Assembly (NCBI GenBank): GCA_963716745.1
Contig: OY970320.1
Span: 3,200,001 to 3,264,000 of the forward strand
Direction of reading: 5' to 3'
DNA length: 64,000 bases
DNA from: an uncultured Gemmatimonadaceae bacterium
Lineage (GTDB): Bacteria > Gemmatimonadota > Gemmatimonadetes > Gemmatimonadales > Gemmatimonadaceae
Below are positions 59,797-64,000 of the stretch, piece by piece. A program made the position numbers and the translations under genes. The number at the start of each line of letters is the position of its first letter. The stretch's first letter is position 1. Below the pieces are notes generated by a model that saw nothing but the letters and a program-made list of their open reading frames with translations, was not told the DNA's origin and made no database searches.

Positions 59797-62212
59797 TTAG
59801 TCCGTGTGCAGCGCCACCATTGGATCCACGCGCGTCGCGCGTCGAGCGGGCACTAAGCAAGCCGTGAGCGCGACAGCCGTGAGCACTCCCACCACGCTCG
59901 CGTAGATCGTCGGGTCGAGTGGCTGCACGTCGAACAGCAGCACCTGCGATCCGTACGCCACGACGACCGCGAGCCCCAAGCCGATCGGGATGCCGAGTGC
60001 GATCTGCCGAATGCCCTGCCGGAACACGAGGCCGAGCACTTGCGAGCCCTTCGCGCCGAGCGCCATGCGAATGCCCACTTCGCGCGTTCGGCGGGCGACT
60101 GAGAAACTCATCACGGCGTACAATCCCACCGAAGCCAGGAAGAGCGCGATCGCCCCGAAGATCATGAACATCACGCCGAACACGCGGATGAACCACGTCG
60201 GCTCGGCGTACGCCTTCGCCATGGTCTTCACGCGATACACCGGGATGTCGGGCTCGAGTTGCGCCACGTTCTCTCGCACGGCGGTCGCGACGGTCATCGG
60301 ATCGCCGGCCGTGCGCACCGCGATGCTCACGAAGCTCGCGTGCACCTGCGCGATCGGCACGTAGTACATCGGCTCCCGGGGCTTCTCCGTGTCGCCGGTG
60401 TACGTGGATGGGATGATGCCCACGATCGTCATCCACGGCTGCGTGCTCTTGAGGCCGCCTTGGCGCACGCGCCGTCCGATGGCGTCCACGCCGGGGAAGA
60501 ACTTGTCGGCGAACGATTGGTTCACGACGACCACGGGATTGCCGCCCGCGCGGTCGGTCTCATCGACGAGCCGCCCGCGAAGCGCCCGGATCTTGAACGT
60601 CTCGAAGAATCCCGGCGATACGGAGACGAAGTCGGCGCGCGGCACGTCGTTCGGCGTCGCGTACGCGGCGCCGTCGATCATGAGATTGCCGCCATCGGTG
60701 CCGATCCCAGGGAGCCACGATGAGATCGATGCCGCCTCGACGCCCGGCAGCGCGCCGAGCCGCACACGCAGCTGCTCGTAGAAGCGCGCCTGCTGCAGCG
60801 TGTCGGTGTATCCCAGCGGGAACCCGACGCGAGCCGTATAAGATGTTCGCCGTCTGGAAGCCGGGATCCATCCGCTGCAGGTTGGTGACGCTCTTGATCA
60901 TCAATCCGCTCGCGACCAGCAGTCCGCAGGAGAGCGCGATCTCGCCCACAACCAGGGCCCGGCTCACGATCCCGATGCGCATGCTCGAAGAGCCGCGCGA
61001 TTCATCTTTGAGCACTTCATTGATATCGGCGCGTGACGATTGCAGCGCCGGCAGCGCGCCCGACATCAGCGTGGCGAGCACCGCGAGTCCGATCACGAAT
61101 GCGAGCACGGGCGGATGCATGCCAATGTCGATCCAGGAGGGCGGCTGCGCATCCACCAGATACGCATTGAACGCGCGGATCCCGCCGTAGGCGACGCCGG
61201 TGCCGAGCACCGCGCCCGCGGCGGCGAGCACGAGCGCCTCCGTGAGGAACTGGCGCACGACCGCCGCGCGCAATGCGCCCAGGGCGGTGCGCACGCTGAT
61301 CTCCTTCGCGCGATGCGCAGCGCGCTCCAGCAGCAGGTTCGCCACGTTCGCGCACGCGATGAGCAATACGAAGAACACCGCGAAGAGCATCGCCCACAGC
61401 AGTTTCACCGGACCGGGGCCGATCTCGGCGTCGGTGTACGGCAGCGCGCCCGCGGTGATGCTCTCGTTCGTCTCCTTGAAGCGCTCGGCGAGTCCTTTCG
61501 CGATCAATGCCATGTCGAGCGAGGCGCGCTGCACGCTCACGCCCGGCTTGAGGAGCGCGACGGCGGTGACGGTGCGCTGCTCCTCGCGCTTGCCGACGAG
61601 CGGATCGTCCTGCAACGGCAGCCAGAGGTCGACGTTATCGGGCAGCGAGAACTTCTCGGGCATCACGCCGATGATGGTGTACGGTTGCGCGTTCACGCGG
61701 ATCACCTGTCCCAGCACCGTGCGGGCGCCGCCGAATCGCTTCTGCCACATGCCGTAGCCGATCACCGCGACTTTCGCGCCGGTGGGGCTGTCCTCTCCCG
61801 CCGTGATCGTGCGGCCGAGCAACGCGGGCGTGTGCATGATCTGGAAGAGCGGCGCGGTCACCCACGCGCCGAAGTAGCGTTCGGGCAGGCCATCGCCGCT
61901 GACGTTCATCGTGCCATCGGTGTACGCGGCCATCAGCGCGAAGCTGTGCTGCTGGTCGCGATAGTCGACGTACTCGCCCCACGGGATGTCGCGGCGGATC
62001 TCCTTGTGCGCGACATCGTTGCGCTGCACCTCGACGATCCGCGAGGCGTCGTCGTACGGGAGCCCTTTGATCAGCGCGCCGTACACGATGCTGAACATCG
62101 TGGTCGTGACGCCGATGCCGAGCGTGAGGGCGAGCGTCGCGAAGAGCGTGACGCCGGGGCTCTTGATGAGCGAGCGGATGCCGTAGCGGATGTCGCGAAG
62201 GATCGCGTTCAT
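59797..62212 (-). CDS. Duplicated orphan ABC permease (ADOP) (indel near 60835)
   Basis: KSPG..TLGIG.TT.MFSIV, LLIACANVANL, REVGIRMALGA, PARRATRVDPMVAL. Confidence 0.92.
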
Positions 62213-62267
62213 GGTCGTCCGGGTGAGGTCACCCGTCACGACGGCGCGCGGGCGCGCGATGTTTCAG

Positions 62268-62549
62268 CTAGTGATACCCGCCCAGCATGGTCAGCGCGAG
62301 CACGACGATCCCCATGATGAACTGCACGGCGCACCATACCAACCACGTGATGTCGGTGCGCTTGCGCCAGAAGAGCCAGCCGAGTCCCGCGATTAAGATG
62401 CCCGTCACGACGGCGATGAGCAGATATCCCTTGATGTGGTCCGGGAACGCCAACGGGTTCGCACGAATGATGTACGCCGACACGAGATGCCCTGAGAGGC
62501 CGAGCACGAGCAGTGCGACGCCGAGCCAGGCTTTCTGTTTGGTGACCAT
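62268..62549 (-). CDS. Small three-TM membrane protein
   Basis: ATG 62549 just after the padR stop; three hydrophobic segments. Confidence 0.65.
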   Translation of the reverse strand: MVTKQKAWLGVALLVLGLSGHLVSAYIIRANPLAFPDHIKGYLLIAVVTGILIAGLGWLFWRKRTDITWLVWCAVQFIMGIVVLALTMLGGYH

Positions 62550-62556
62550 GTGCGGC

Positions 62557-63150
62557 TCAGCCGACCGCGTCGAGTTCCGACGCCGCGCGCCGCAGGATCT
62601 CGGCGATCTTCGCGATCTGCTCCGGCGTCGCGCCACCTTTCATCACAATGCGCGCATAGGCGCGGCCGAGTTGGCCCATCGCTTCGTGCGCGGCGATCAT
62701 CGGACGCCCGCCGAAGAGCGATTCACCGAACTGCACGAGACGCTCGAGCACATCGTCTACCGTGGTACGGTTCTCGGCGAGGTACTTCCGGCCTTCGTCC
62801 GTGATGGCGTAGACCTTCTTGCCGGAATCCTCGAGCGTGGCCTTGGCGTAATCCATCTCTTCGAGGAGGCTGAGGGTGGGGTACACCGTACCCGGGCTGG
62901 GCGAGTAGCCGCCGCCCGACTTCTCCTCGAGGGCCTTGATGATGTCATAGCCGTGGCGCGGCTTCTCATCGAGCAGCTGCAGGATGACGAGCTTGAGATC
63001 GCCCTGGTCGAACATTCGGGCGCCGCGCCGGAATCCGCGGCCGCGTCCCGGCCCGAAGGCGAAGGCCGCGAAGCCGGAATCGCCGAACCAGTCGTGCCGG
63101 CCGTGACGATGGCGGTGGTGGTGGGAGGATCCGCAATCATGCCATATCAT
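62557..63150 (-). CDS. PadR-family regulator (YqjI-like) with His-rich N-terminus
   Basis: GDLKLVIL.LL.EKPRHGYDIIK, YSPSPGTVYPTL, KKVYAITDEG; HHHRHRHGRH. Confidence 0.92.
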   Translation of the reverse strand: MIWHDCGSSHHHRHRHGRHDWFGDSGFAAFAFGPGRGRGFRRGARMFDQGDLKLVILQLLDEKPRHGYDIIKALEEKSGGGYSPSPGTVYPTLSLLEEMDYAKATLEDSGKKVYAITDEGRKYLAENRTTVDDVLERLVQFGESLFGGRPMIAAHEAMGQLGRAYARIVMKGGATPEQIAKIAEILRRAASELDAVG

Positions 63151-63160
63151 AGTAGGACTC

Positions 63161-63196
63161 CAAGATAGTACTAAGTTATATCTTAGTATATCTTAG
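63161..63196. promoter_or_regulatory. Candidate PadR operator
   Basis: AT-rich island: near-palindrome CTAAGTTATATCTTAG and direct repeat TATATCTTAG x2, 11-46 nt upstream of padR. Confidence 0.7.
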
Positions 63197-63239
63197 GAAT
63201 CCGTGGCGTCAAGGGGCGTGGCGAGGGAGGAACCGGCCG

Positions 63240-64000
63240 TCAGAATCCCAAGAGAGACCCGCGATCCGTGCAGCCCCGCGCTTTGTTCGAGTATTCGCTT
63301 TGGATCTGGTACTGGTGGGAGCCCATGGTCTCGTTGTTGTCGAACACGAAACACAGGTCGGCCATCTCATTTCCCGTGAGCACGTTGAACCAGGCGTTGA
63401 GGTCGGGGTCGGACGACGCCTCGAAGAACTCATGCGAGAGCGTTGACGCTGTCGCGTCGATCGTGCCATGCGGACTCAAGCGCGGATTCTGGCAGCCATC
63501 CACTCCCTGGTAGGGCTCCACGGTGTACACGACGTGCACACCGCCCCCGAAGGTGATCGACCCGTGAAACGCACAGAAGAAGAAGCTCTGCGGCGAGTCC
63601 GGCGAATAGCAATCGCCAGGCTGTTGGCACATGTCCACGCCCTGCGGCAGGAAGACGTGGTAGATGTTCGCGTAGCCGCTCCGGCCGGTCACTGTCACCG
63701 CCTGAAACAGGAGGTTGTCGAGCTCGCCTTGGGTCAGCACGTTGTTGTCGCCGGCAATGTTCGGGTCGACGGCCAGGAGCGAGTCGACGCTCCATTTGCC
63801 GGTCACGTGCGCTCCCACGTACTGATCGAGTACGGAGATGATCTGGCTGCTGTTCAGGTCTCTGAGAAAGTCGGACGGTCCTGTTGCGCCCGAACCCCAG
63901 CAGGAAATGGAACTCCCACCGCAATTGACGAATACCGCCCAATTGGTGCCGCCGGTGAGCACGGGTCCGCCGAAGTTCGAGAGATCCCACGGCGAGTTGA
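63240..64000 (-). CDS. Phosphate-induced protein 1 / EXORDIUM-like Cys-rich protein, 5' end outside the window
   Basis: FGGPVL, FCAFHG, SHEFFEASSDP...W....E.ADLC, Q..YSN....C. Confidence 0.65.
   Translation of the reverse strand, partial: NSPWDLSNFGGPVLTGGTNWAVFVNCGGSSISCWGSGATGPSDFLRDLNSSQIISVLDQYVGAHVTGKWSVDSLLAVDPNIAGDNNVLTQGELDNLLFQAVTVTGRSGYANIYHVFLPQGVDMCQQPGDCYSPDSPQSFFFCAFHGSITFGGGVHVVYTVEPYQGVDGCQNPRLSPHGTIDATASTLSHEFFEASSDPDLNAWFNVLTGNEMADLCFVFDNNETMGSHQYQIQSEYSNKARGCTDRGSLLGF

Overview
GC-rich bacterial chromosome segment. Gene content and protein style suggest Gemmatimonadota (inference). The many single-base indels, even in essential genes (valS, thrS, glyA), point to an incompletely polished long-read consensus. 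1-21 kb is housekeeping: Ig-like lipoprotein, valS, BON protein, thrS, amidase, a thiolase-bioY-CPBP-hbd-acyl-CoA DH-Leu DH-rpiB-glyA operon, nnr, thiL, plsC, eno, ftsB and tRNA-fMet. 21-64 kb is accessory: a beta-propeller protein, a hidden, heavily frameshifted GxxExxY gene between inverted repeats, a lipase, a tripartite RND pump, tRNA-Met, a Gly-rich secreted protein, a VPS10/BNR protein, a porin + two decarboxylases + two antiporters + binding-protein operon, an ECF sigma/anti-sigma pair with three readable GGAATA-N17-GT(C/G)T promoters, a cupredoxin fusion, an apparent four-domain multicopper oxidase, cax, a VIT-like protein, two orphan ABC permeases and a His-rich PadR with a candidate operator. 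The most notable non-coding structure is a set of intergenic palindromic repeat families: three co-oriented 157-180 bp hairpins at 55.0, 56.9 and 59.6 kb, related 21-nt-period hairpins at 3.8 and 15.5 kb, and 9-nt- and 7-nt-period repeats. All assignments come from motif recognition by eye; no database searches were run.
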